This document shows, piece by piece, positions 7,750-15,645 of a DNA stretch of 24,522 nt. The notes under the pieces are model-generated. The model saw only the letters and a list, made by a program, of their open reading frames with translations. It searched no databases and had not been told where the DNA came from. Both the position numbers and the translations under genes were made by a program. This DNA is from Folioceros fuciformis (taxonomy: Eukaryota), in contig JBNGIO010006113.1 in the NCBI GenBank assembly GCA_049999805.1, positions 62,001 through 86,522 of the forward strand, written 5' to 3'. Within the stretch, counting starts at the first letter, position 1. The number at the start of each line of letters is the position of its first letter.

Positions 7750-10230
7750 TCAACTCTGCTTCACACCGGAGAATCGATGCTTTTCATCCCCAACGAGAAA
7801 TGTATGCACTAGTCCGTCATCGTCTGTCCACCAGCTCTGACCCAGCTCTTTCCATGCCCTGATCCCTACTCTCCTGGCCTGCATCTCGAGTGCTTGCATC
7901 CACATCTGGGCTCCTGTGTAGATGTTTGCCATCAGCACATACGCAGCCGCATCTTTTGGGTCTAGCTTCACTGCTTCGTCGAAAGCATGGCGGCCCACCT
8001 CCACGTTGCTCCACTTCCGACAAGCACCAAGAAGGGTGTGCCAAACTCCAGACTTAGGAAGTGCGGGCATCGACTTCACTAAACTAAGTGCTTCATCCAG
8101 GTGTCCTGCACGAGCCAGCAGATCGACCATGCATGCATGATGCTCCTCCGAAGGGTGGATGCCATACTTTCTGCCCATTGCCTCAAAGCACTCTCGCCCC
8201 TTGTTCACTAGACCCACATGGCTGCATACTGTTAATACACTAAGAATTGTGACGCTGTTTGGCTGGATGCCATCCTCTCCCATTCTGTGGACCAGGTCAA
8301 AGACTAAGTCACTGTTTCCTTGGCAGGTGTAACCTGCAATCAATGCATTCCACACGACAATGTCTCGTTCGTGCAACGAATCAAATACCTGCTTGGCATC
8401 GACCATACTCCCAGCCTTCCCATACATGTTTATCAAACTGCCGGCTACAAACACATCACCTTGCAGCCCTTGTTCTACAATCTCTGCATGTAGGTGCCTT
8501 CCCAGTTGCAAGGCTGCTACATTCGCACATGCCTGCAAGAGGCACACAAATGTCACCGAATTTGGTGAACCCATGCCTCCTTCTTGCATCGCATAGAATA
8601 GCCGAAAGGCTTCCTGAACCATACCCTGCTGAGAATACCCTGCTATCAAAGCATTCCAGGCTACCACATTCTTGTTTCCAAGCCCATCAAACACTCTCTG
8701 TGCATCTTCCAAGCTGCCACATTTTGCATACATGTTCACCAAGCTGCTACCTACAAACACATCTGTTTGATATCCTAATTCTCTAGTTTGGGCATGAAGG
8801 TCTTTGCCCTGCTCCAAAGCTGGGCTGCCCACACTTGTGCATGCCTGCAGGAGGCATGCAAATGTCACTGAATCCGGTACAGCAATGCCTTCCTCTCGCA
8901 TAGCTCTGTACAGACGAAGAGCTTCTTGGCCCATTCCTTTTTGGGAATACCCGGCAATGAGAGCAGTCCACGTCACTACCTCTTTAGCACTGAGCCTGTC
9001 AAACACGGCCTGAGCATCTTCCAGGCTGTCACACTTTGCATACATGTTCACCAAACTGCTGGCTACAAAGACGTCGCCCTCAAGTCCGCGTTTTCTAACT
9101 TGTCTGTGAAGCTGTTTCCCTTCCTCTAAAGCTGAGGCGCCAAGGCTTGCACATGCCTGCAGGAGGCACGCAAATGTCACACAACTGGGTACAGCGACGC
9201 CCTCCTCTCGCATCGCATCGTAAAGATGGAGGGCTTCCTGCCCCTTGCCCTGTTGGGAATAGCCTGCTATGAGGGCATTCCACATCACCACATCCTTTTC
9301 ACCAAGGCCGTCGAACACTCTCCGAGCATCCTCCAAGCTGCTACACTTTGAGTACATGTTGACCAAACCGGTGCACACAAACAAACCAGGCTTCACGCCA
9401 GTGGCCAGCACATCTGCATGAACTTGCTGCCCGGTGTTCAAGTCCGATCCCCTTGCACAAGCCTGAAGAACTGCCACAAAGACATGGTCATCTGGCTTCA
9501 CCCCTGACCTGCGCATGTCGTGATAGAGTTGTATGGCCTCTGTTTCTTGTCCATGCTCAACATGCGCAGAGATGATGGCAGACCACGTGAAGGCATCTGG
9601 CTTGGCAACCATTCCAAACACATCCTTCGCTTCTTGCAACTGGCCATGAGAAGCATACATCCGCAGGATGTGGAAGCCCAGGAACGTGTCGGACTGATAC
9701 CCCGTGCTCACCGTGTAAGCATGTATGCGGCGACCCAGAACAATACTGTTCTTGACCACACATTTCTTCAGGACAGTGTAAAGCAGAGACTTGGAAATGC
9801 GACACTCTGTTTGAACCAGAACCCCCAAAGCCTCCACAGCCTGAGCGAGACGGCCCTCATCACATAGCTTGCTCACGGTTTCAGCCGTTACGGCCCCATC
9901 GATACATGCGGGCCTGCTGCCAGGGTCGGGATCAATCCTCATAGCCCTGCCCACATCCATCCCCTTGCCCATATCCACACCCATAACCAGAGCAGCAGGC
10001 TGCGGATGTGCACATGCTGTTCTCTTGAAGGACTTGTTCAACCAGAGGACCTCCTGGGGCTGCCTGTCCTGGAGGCCAGGGCAACAACATGATGGATGTG
10101 GAAATGAGTGCTCTCTAGCAAAACAGAAGAGTTCCTGACGATGACGAATCTCGCTCGAACATCCTTTAGGACAGGCTGTCATTCCTGCACAGGTAATGCA
10201 GCTCCCGACTTGGTGGTCCAACACAGCCAT
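7750..10230 (-). CDS. PLS-class PPR protein with E1/E2 and a WW-type PG box, DYW deaminase domain missing (E+-like); organellar RNA-editing specificity factor
   Basis: About 17 L/S/P motifs ending P2-L2-S2, then E1 (VWHTLLGACRKWSNVEVG), E2 (AAAYVLMANIY) and KELGQSWWTDDDGLVHTFLVGD followed by a stop. First ATG at 10230. A TTTGCAG acceptor near 10294 suggests an upstream exon, so the start is uncertain. Confidence 0.9.
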   Translation of the reverse strand: MAVLDHQVGSCITCAGMTACPKGCSSEIRHRQELFCFAREHSFPHPSCCCPGLQDRQPQEVLWLNKSFKRTACAHPQPAALVMGVDMGKGMDVGRAMRIDPDPGSRPACIDGAVTAETVSKLCDEGRLAQAVEALGVLVQTECRISKSLLYTVLKKCVVKNSIVLGRRIHAYTVSTGYQSDTFLGFHILRMYASHGQLQEAKDVFGMVAKPDAFTWSAIISAHVEHGQETEAIQLYHDMRRSGVKPDDHVFVAVLQACARGSDLNTGQQVHADVLATGVKPGLFVCTGLVNMYSKCSSLEDARRVFDGLGEKDVVMWNALIAGYSQQGKGQEALHLYDAMREEGVAVPSCVTFACLLQACASLGASALEEGKQLHRQVRKRGLEGDVFVASSLVNMYAKCDSLEDAQAVFDRLSAKEVVTWTALIAGYSQKGMGQEALRLYRAMREEGIAVPDSVTFACLLQACTSVGSPALEQGKDLHAQTRELGYQTDVFVGSSLVNMYAKCGSLEDAQRVFDGLGNKNVVAWNALIAGYSQQGMVQEAFRLFYAMQEGGMGSPNSVTFVCLLQACANVAALQLGRHLHAEIVEQGLQGDVFVAGSLINMYGKAGSMVDAKQVFDSLHERDIVVWNALIAGYTCQGNSDLVFDLVHRMGEDGIQPNSVTILSVLTVCSHVGLVNKGRECFEAMGRKYGIHPSEEHHACMVDLLARAGHLDEALSLVKSMPALPKSGVWHTLLGACRKWSNVEVGRHAFDEAVKLDPKDAAAYVLMANIYTGAQMWMQALEMQARRVGIRAWKELGQSWWTDDDGLVHTFLVGDEKHRFSGVKQS

Positions 10231-10436
10231 TGGCTGAGGAGGAGACCGTCCCTCGCAGTGGCAGGCAGCGGCAGGGCAGGGCAAGGCCAGGCCCTGCAAA
10301 CAATCCAGAAAAACCTAAAGCTTTTGTACGTTATTGTTGGCGTGATGTGGACTAAATTGGATTCAGTTTGTGTAGTGATCGAAGTTGCGAATGCGGTTGC
10401 GGTTGCAGATCGAGCATTTTCCAGAATTCGGGCGGG

Positions 10437-11733
10437 ATGCAGGGCGCGACTAGCAGGCGTGAGCAGCCGTCCGGCGGTCTGCTCGGCCAGGTGCAGGTGA
10501 AGCTGAGGGAAATTGATGTGGGAGTGAAGACATGGCTTCGGCAGCAACCAGCCCCTGTAGAGGTCGTACTGGTCACAGCCTCCAGCGCCCTGCAGGGCGG
10601 AGCTATTGGTGCACTCATGGGCACCTTCACGGCTGACATGGCCGCCACGCTGCCGACCCCTCCTCCGGGAATGAGCCCCCAGACAGCTGCTTCTCTACAG
10701 CAGGCTAAGGTTGGCCTCCTCGTCGCTGCAAGCAGTCAAGATAGAATCATAGGTTAATCTCCCTGGCTTGATTCTTGCTTGCAGGCGCTCTCGGGTGGAC
10801 CATTTCATCAAGCTCGAAATTTCGCTGTCATGACGGGTGTAAACGCTGGCCTCACATGTGCCCTCAAGCGAATGAAGGGTGGAACAGAAGATGCCCAGAC
10901 CAGGTGAGAGGGCTTCAAAGGATGCATGTGGCGGAGGTTTAAGGGGGGTTTTGCCCTCTCTGTCCTTGTGTTGCTTCTGCTACTCCCTTCACCAAATGAT
11001 TTCGGGCTGCCAGTATGCTAGCGGCGTTCGGATCCGGAGCAGTGTTTTCAGTCGTGAGCGGAATGGGAGGTCCCAATTTGGCAAGCAATGCAGTCACTAC
11101 TGGGATTTTCTTCGCTCTTGTACAGGGTGGCTTGTTTAAGGTGACCGATGAATTCTGCAGCTTGTACTGTACACATTCTAGTCCTTCACGTCAGTTGCTA
11201 CGGCTCCTGTGATTTGGGGCTGTTCACTAATTGGATCGCAACTGGCCGTGTGAGCTCAACAGCTCGGTCAAACGTTCTCCCAGCCGTCATCAGAAGACAA
11301 GTTCTATTCCCAGACGAGGAGCATGCTCAACAGTCTTGGTCTTCAAAAATATGAGAGGAATTTCAGAAAGGGCCTCCTTTCTGATAAGACTCTTCCGCTG
11401 CTACACGATAGGTACAAAATGTCTCCCTCGGCATTCCTTGCTTGCATGCCGTCCTTTTGATCATTTTTCTTGATTGTTCACTCATGCTGGTGGGTTGGAT
11501 TGCGGGCAGTGCCCTTGCTGAGGTCAGAGTTCCTCCAGGTGCAAGGTTGCTAATTCTTGACTACATAGAGAGGTAATAAGCTGTTTTCTATCGAGAAGCT
11601 GCTCCTTACCTCCCGGTGTCACTTGTGTTAGGAGGTAATCGGATATATATCCTTGGAACTCATAAGATGGGGGCTGACTTCACTGTCTGCCTACGTGGGA
11701 TGCAGAAACCACGAGGTTATTAAGAGGTCGTGA
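10437..11733 (+). CDS. TRIC1: Tim17/Tim22-family (PRAT) protein with C-terminal SAM domain, TRIC/HP30-like organellar tRNA/protein import component. Exons 10437-10709, 10785-10903, 11014-11140, 11263-11411, 11510-11572, 11706-11733
   Basis: Five GT-AG introns join in phase to give KTWLRQQPAPVEV..QGGAIGALMGT..QQAKALSGGPFHQARNFAVMTGVNAGL..AAFGSG..QGGLFKLGQTFSQP..LGLQKYERNFRKGLLSDKTLPLLHDSALAEVRVPPGARLLILDYIERNHEVIKRS*. This is collinear with Arabidopsis HP30/TRIC as I recall it; TRIC1 and TRIC2 cannot be distinguished. Confidence 0.92.
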
Positions 11734-12669
11734 GGGGCACTAGGGAATGTTATCATGTTCCTTCACAGGTCGAATGGTTCAGCTGCGGTGTCGAGTGTCA
11801 TGTTCGCTGGAATGAGCCCGGCAACCTTTTTGTGCTTCCCTTCCCCGGAATGAGCCCTATGTTTCAATCTGCGCTGTGATCGATGTAGGTTTCCATCGGA
11901 GTTTTCACACGGCGGGTGAGTGCCCGCGTTCGATTCCATTTAGACGAGGAAATCGTTCCTGCAGGAGAAGCTGTTGTTGTTGTATCCATACGGGCTGGGT
12001 ATGTACCAAAACCATCAAGAGATATCCATTTCGTTTTGTGGGAACTCAGGATGTCGAGGATGTTTACTTACGGCTGTGAATGTATCGCACCATCTTCATG
12101 TTCCCTTCACTCCCACCTGCCACCGTGTTTCCTTCTCCATCTCGTGAGGGTGGGTGGCTCTGTGTTCCACCCGCCTCTCTTTCACACACTGTAAGTGGTG
12201 GTCAGCAAAGTACGTGCAATCCATGCCTTTTCTCACACTAAACAGATGTCCGATGACTACAGTGGCTGCGATTGATGGTGGTCACTGTTCGCAGAGCATG
12301 GTCTCTAAGGTAAGGCTTATCTTTGCCTACGCATCAGGTCACAACAAGTATGGCAAAGAGATTGCCCCATTGCCCATCTCACCATAGGACCTTCCATTAT
12401 CAGCAACCTCTGGAGAAAGCTGTCGACCCCAAGTCGTGTACGTGAGACGATGTGGGTCACAGCAAGCCCCCTTCCGTCCTTGCCGCCAGACAAGGAACGG
12501 CAAGCTTGTTCCTTGACTATGACTTGTTCCATGACTACGGCGCCCTGTCTGCGGCATTTCTCCTTGCTCTGGGGCTTTCGCTTTTGCAGAATGGAGGGGG
12601 CGTAGTAGCAGCAGCGGCGGACAGTGTGTGTGAACGAGGAATGAACAATACGCGTGCTCGTTTAGTGCA

Positions 12670-15210
12670 ATGACCACCAGGCTAGATCTGTCACAGCTGC
12701 CGCGGAATGGCAGTTGCGTGGCCCGCCACCTCCGGCCTGGTGGTGGGTCGGAGCAATGCGGGACGACACGACGGTCAGCTTCATGCACAGGGAAGGGCGC
12801 CGGCACCACGGAAGTTCTCACCCAGAAGCAGCGGAAGGAGCTCCTGTGGCAGGAATTCTTTCTGGATCCATCTGACTGGTTGGACAACAGGGCTGATAAG
12901 AAGAGTCCCCGCGATCCCGACTTCAGGCATAAGAGCTTCAGGAAGGAGCCCCTATGGCTCAGCAGCTCGCACAAGCCTGCTTGGGTGGATGCCCAGTTAG
13001 CTCGGTGGGATCTTCAGATGAGGGGGCTCGGGCCCGGGCCAGGCCTTGGGAGTCATGATGATGGTGATGCACAGAATGGGCTTGTTCGGATTTTGAGCAA
13101 ACGTTGTGAGGAGGCAGAGCTGCTGAGCGAGGCTGTGGAAGCATTGGATCTCCTCGTGGAGCAGAAATGTCCCATCAGCAAAGCTCTCCTGCATCGTGTT
13201 CTCACCAGGTGCATAGCTCAAAAGGATTTTGTTTGCGGTGGCCGCGTCTATTCCATTTCTGTGCAAGCTGGTCACGGCTCCAATGCTTTTTTGGCTAACC
13301 AGTTCATTGGGATGTATGCTTGTCATGGCAAGCTGGAGGATGCGCGACAGGTGTTCACCCACGTTAGTAGGCCAGACGTCCACATGTGGTCATCCATCAT
13401 TTTGGCCCACGCCCGGCATGGAGAGCCCGCTCAGGCCATCAGTCTGTACCGACAGATGAGGGATGCAGCGGTTGTGGAACCAGATAACCACTTGTTCGTG
13501 GCGGTTCTCAAGGCTTGTGCGTCTGCGGAGGACTTGGTTTGTGGCAAGCAGGTGCATGCTGATATTCAGGCAAGTGCTGTGAAGCCCGATATCTTTGTTG
13601 GCAACAGCTTGGTGTGCATGTACGCCAAGTGCGGGAGCTTGGGTGATGCTCGCAAAGTGTTTGACAGTTTGCCCAAAAGAGATGTAGTGACATGGACCAC
13701 CATGATTGCAGGATACAGTCAGCATGGGCTGGGGCGAGAAGCCCTGGCTCTGTACGCAGGTATGCAACATGACGGCACTACTCCAGCCAATCGTGTGACG
13801 TTCATTTGCCTTCTCCAGGCATGTGCAAGCGTCGGGGCCCTGGAGGAAGGGAAGCAACTACATTCGCTAATTCGGGAAAGAGGCCTCGCATCTGATGTGC
13901 AAATTGGTAACTGCCTGGTGGACATGTATGCTAGATGTGGTAGCTTGAAGGATGCTCGCAGAGTGTTCGACGGTTTGAGCAGCAAAGATGTGGTGACGTG
14001 GAGTGCCATGCTTGCTGGATATAGTCAGCAGGGACTCGGGCGAGAAGCCCTTGCTCTGTATGGGAGTATGCAAAGCGAGGACATCACTCCAGGCGATCAT
14101 GTCGTATTTGTGAGCCTTCTTCAAGCCTGCGCCTCTGTGGGAGCGTTGCAGCAAGGGAAGGAGCTTCATACACTGGTCCGTGCCCAACAGCTTGAAGATA
14201 ACATGGTGGTGGGAAACTGCCTGGTGGACTTGTACGCGAAATGTGGGAGTTTGGAAGATGCCCGCAAAGTGTTCGACGGACTGTCCAGGAGAGATACAGT
14301 GACATGGACGGCTATGCTCAACGGATATGCTCAACACGGTGACGGTCACATGGCAATTGGCTGTTTCGAACGGATGGTGGAAGAAGGTGTACTGCCAGAC
14401 GCAGCAACTTTCACCAGCCTTCTGGTGGCCTGCAGCCATGCAGGACTGGTGGATGAGGGCCAAAGGTATTTCAGAAGGATGGTGGAGGAGCATGGTATCG
14501 TGCCCACCGATGTTCACTACAGCTGCATAGTTGATCTTCTGGGCCGATCAGGCAAACTGGAGGAGGCTGAAAATATGCTGAGAAGTACATGGTTTGGCCA
14601 TGAGGTGGTGGGCTGGACAGCCCTGCTAAGCGCGTGCAAAAGCCATGGCGATGTGGAGCGTGGAAGGCGCTGTTTTGAGCATCTCGTGGGGTTGGACGCG
14701 GATGATGCCAGCCCGTATGTGCTGCTGGGGAACCTGTATGCGAGTGCAGGCAGGTGGGACGACGTGGACAAGATAGAAAGTATGAGGAAGGCAGCAGGTG
14801 CTGTGAAGAAAGCTGCCAAAGCCTGCATCGAAGTGAAGAAGGAGGTGCACGAGTTCACTGTCGGGGAAGAGAGGTCTGACATTTCTTCAACGCTGCTGAG
14901 GAGCGTGAACAGGAGTCTGAGGGAGGGAGGCCATGTGCCACAAACAGAGCTGGTGTTGAAGGCGGTGTCTGAGGAGGAGAAGCAGGATTCCTTGTGCGGT
15001 CATGCGGAGAAACTGGCCCTGGCGTATGGTCTGCTCAACACACCAGATGGCTCGACTTTGGTGGTGACCAAGAACCTGCGCATGTGCGATGACTGCCACA
15101 GCAGCACGAAGGTGATGTCGCATCTCGAGAAGCGAGAGATCATCGTGAGGGATGCGCATAGAGTGCATCGATTCATGGACGGCTCTTGTTCTTGTGGGGA
15201 TCGGCATTGA
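12670..15210 (+). CDS. PLS-E-DYW PPR protein, DYW:KP (DRH-type) candidate U-to-C RNA editing factor, with N-terminal OSB-type PDF motif
   Basis: 846-aa intact ORF: R/S/T-rich leader, PDF motif, 14 PLS motifs, E1/E2, then KAAKACIEV..VHEFTVGEE..LCGHAEKLALAYGLLNTP..KNLRMCDDCH..RDAHRVHRF.DGSCSCGDRH*. Confidence 0.95.
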   Translation: MTTRLDLSQLPRNGSCVARHLRPGGGSEQCGTTRRSASCTGKGAGTTEVLTQKQRKELLWQEFFLDPSDWLDNRADKKSPRDPDFRHKSFRKEPLWLSSSHKPAWVDAQLARWDLQMRGLGPGPGLGSHDDGDAQNGLVRILSKRCEEAELLSEAVEALDLLVEQKCPISKALLHRVLTRCIAQKDFVCGGRVYSISVQAGHGSNAFLANQFIGMYACHGKLEDARQVFTHVSRPDVHMWSSIILAHARHGEPAQAISLYRQMRDAAVVEPDNHLFVAVLKACASAEDLVCGKQVHADIQASAVKPDIFVGNSLVCMYAKCGSLGDARKVFDSLPKRDVVTWTTMIAGYSQHGLGREALALYAGMQHDGTTPANRVTFICLLQACASVGALEEGKQLHSLIRERGLASDVQIGNCLVDMYARCGSLKDARRVFDGLSSKDVVTWSAMLAGYSQQGLGREALALYGSMQSEDITPGDHVVFVSLLQACASVGALQQGKELHTLVRAQQLEDNMVVGNCLVDLYAKCGSLEDARKVFDGLSRRDTVTWTAMLNGYAQHGDGHMAIGCFERMVEEGVLPDAATFTSLLVACSHAGLVDEGQRYFRRMVEEHGIVPTDVHYSCIVDLLGRSGKLEEAENMLRSTWFGHEVVGWTALLSACKSHGDVERGRRCFEHLVGLDADDASPYVLLGNLYASAGRWDDVDKIESMRKAAGAVKKAAKACIEVKKEVHEFTVGEERSDISSTLLRSVNRSLREGGHVPQTELVLKAVSEEEKQDSLCGHAEKLALAYGLLNTPDGSTLVVTKNLRMCDDCHSSTKVMSHLEKREIIVRDAHRVHRFMDGSCSCGDRH
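12841..12999 (+). other. OSB-type PDF motif (ssDNA-binding module) within the PPR protein
   Basis: LLWQEFFLDPSDWLDNRADKKSPRDPDFRHKSFRKEPLWLSSSHKPAWVDAQL matches the W..FF..P..WWDNR..K..P..PDFKHK....LW....P.WV pattern of OSB-family PDF motifs. Confidence 0.85.
14806..15210 (+). other. DYW:KP-class deaminase-fold domain ending in DRH
   Basis: KPAxA-like box (here KAAKA), HAE at 15001-15009, CDDC at 15085-15096 with HxE(x25)CxxC spacing, terminal CSCGDRH. Confidence 0.9.
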
Positions 15211-15512
15211 CACCTCCCACCAGCTAGCTGCCTTGTGCAAGGCAAAGTTGTAGCCAGAATGTGCGAAGATCGTTACCACTGACATGACATTTTCATCGCG
15301 TCATCTCTGAACCTGATGTCCTTACTGTAAAGTCGGAGGCAGACACATTCGCAAACAATTGATGACCTTGTTGTCCAACATAAAAGTGTCACAGCCCGTC
15401 AGCAGCAGCACGCAAGGAAGTGTTCAAGGAGATGGCAACGTTTGAACAACTCTTCATTGATTGACTGTATGCACCAATTCTTTGAGGAAGAACAAACGTC
15501 ATCTGCATCGGC

Positions 15513-15645
15513 CTACTTCTTGGCAGCTTTCTTATCCTTCTTGTCGGCCTTCTTTTCCTCTTTCTTGTCGCCCTTCTTGTCATCCTTTTTGTCCCCCTTC
15601 TTATCATCCTTTTTTTCCCCTTTCTTCTTGTCCTTGTCTTTGTCT
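15513..15645 (-). repeat. Coding low-complexity (K/D-rich, DKK-type) tail of HYDIN
   Basis: DKDKDKKKGEKKDDKKGDKKDDKKGDKKEEKKADKKDKKAAKK*, roughly 12-nt periodicity. Confidence 0.9.

Noticed and set aside
10231-10299. ORF-track N-terminal extension MQGLALPCP... of the first PPR
   Set aside because: Starts at TTG within a splice-acceptor-like sequence and covers a (GCAGG)-like repeat; not a supported start.
11809-11857. GGAATGAGCCC occurring twice 38 bp apart (also near 10667)
   Set aside because: Only 11 bp with two local copies in a 3' UTR; not an array or CRISPR, and the context is eukaryotic.
12317-12974. Minus-strand ORFs (211 aa and 71 aa) antisense to the PPR 5' region
   Set aside because: No recognisable domain; largely the shadow of the PDF-coding strand.
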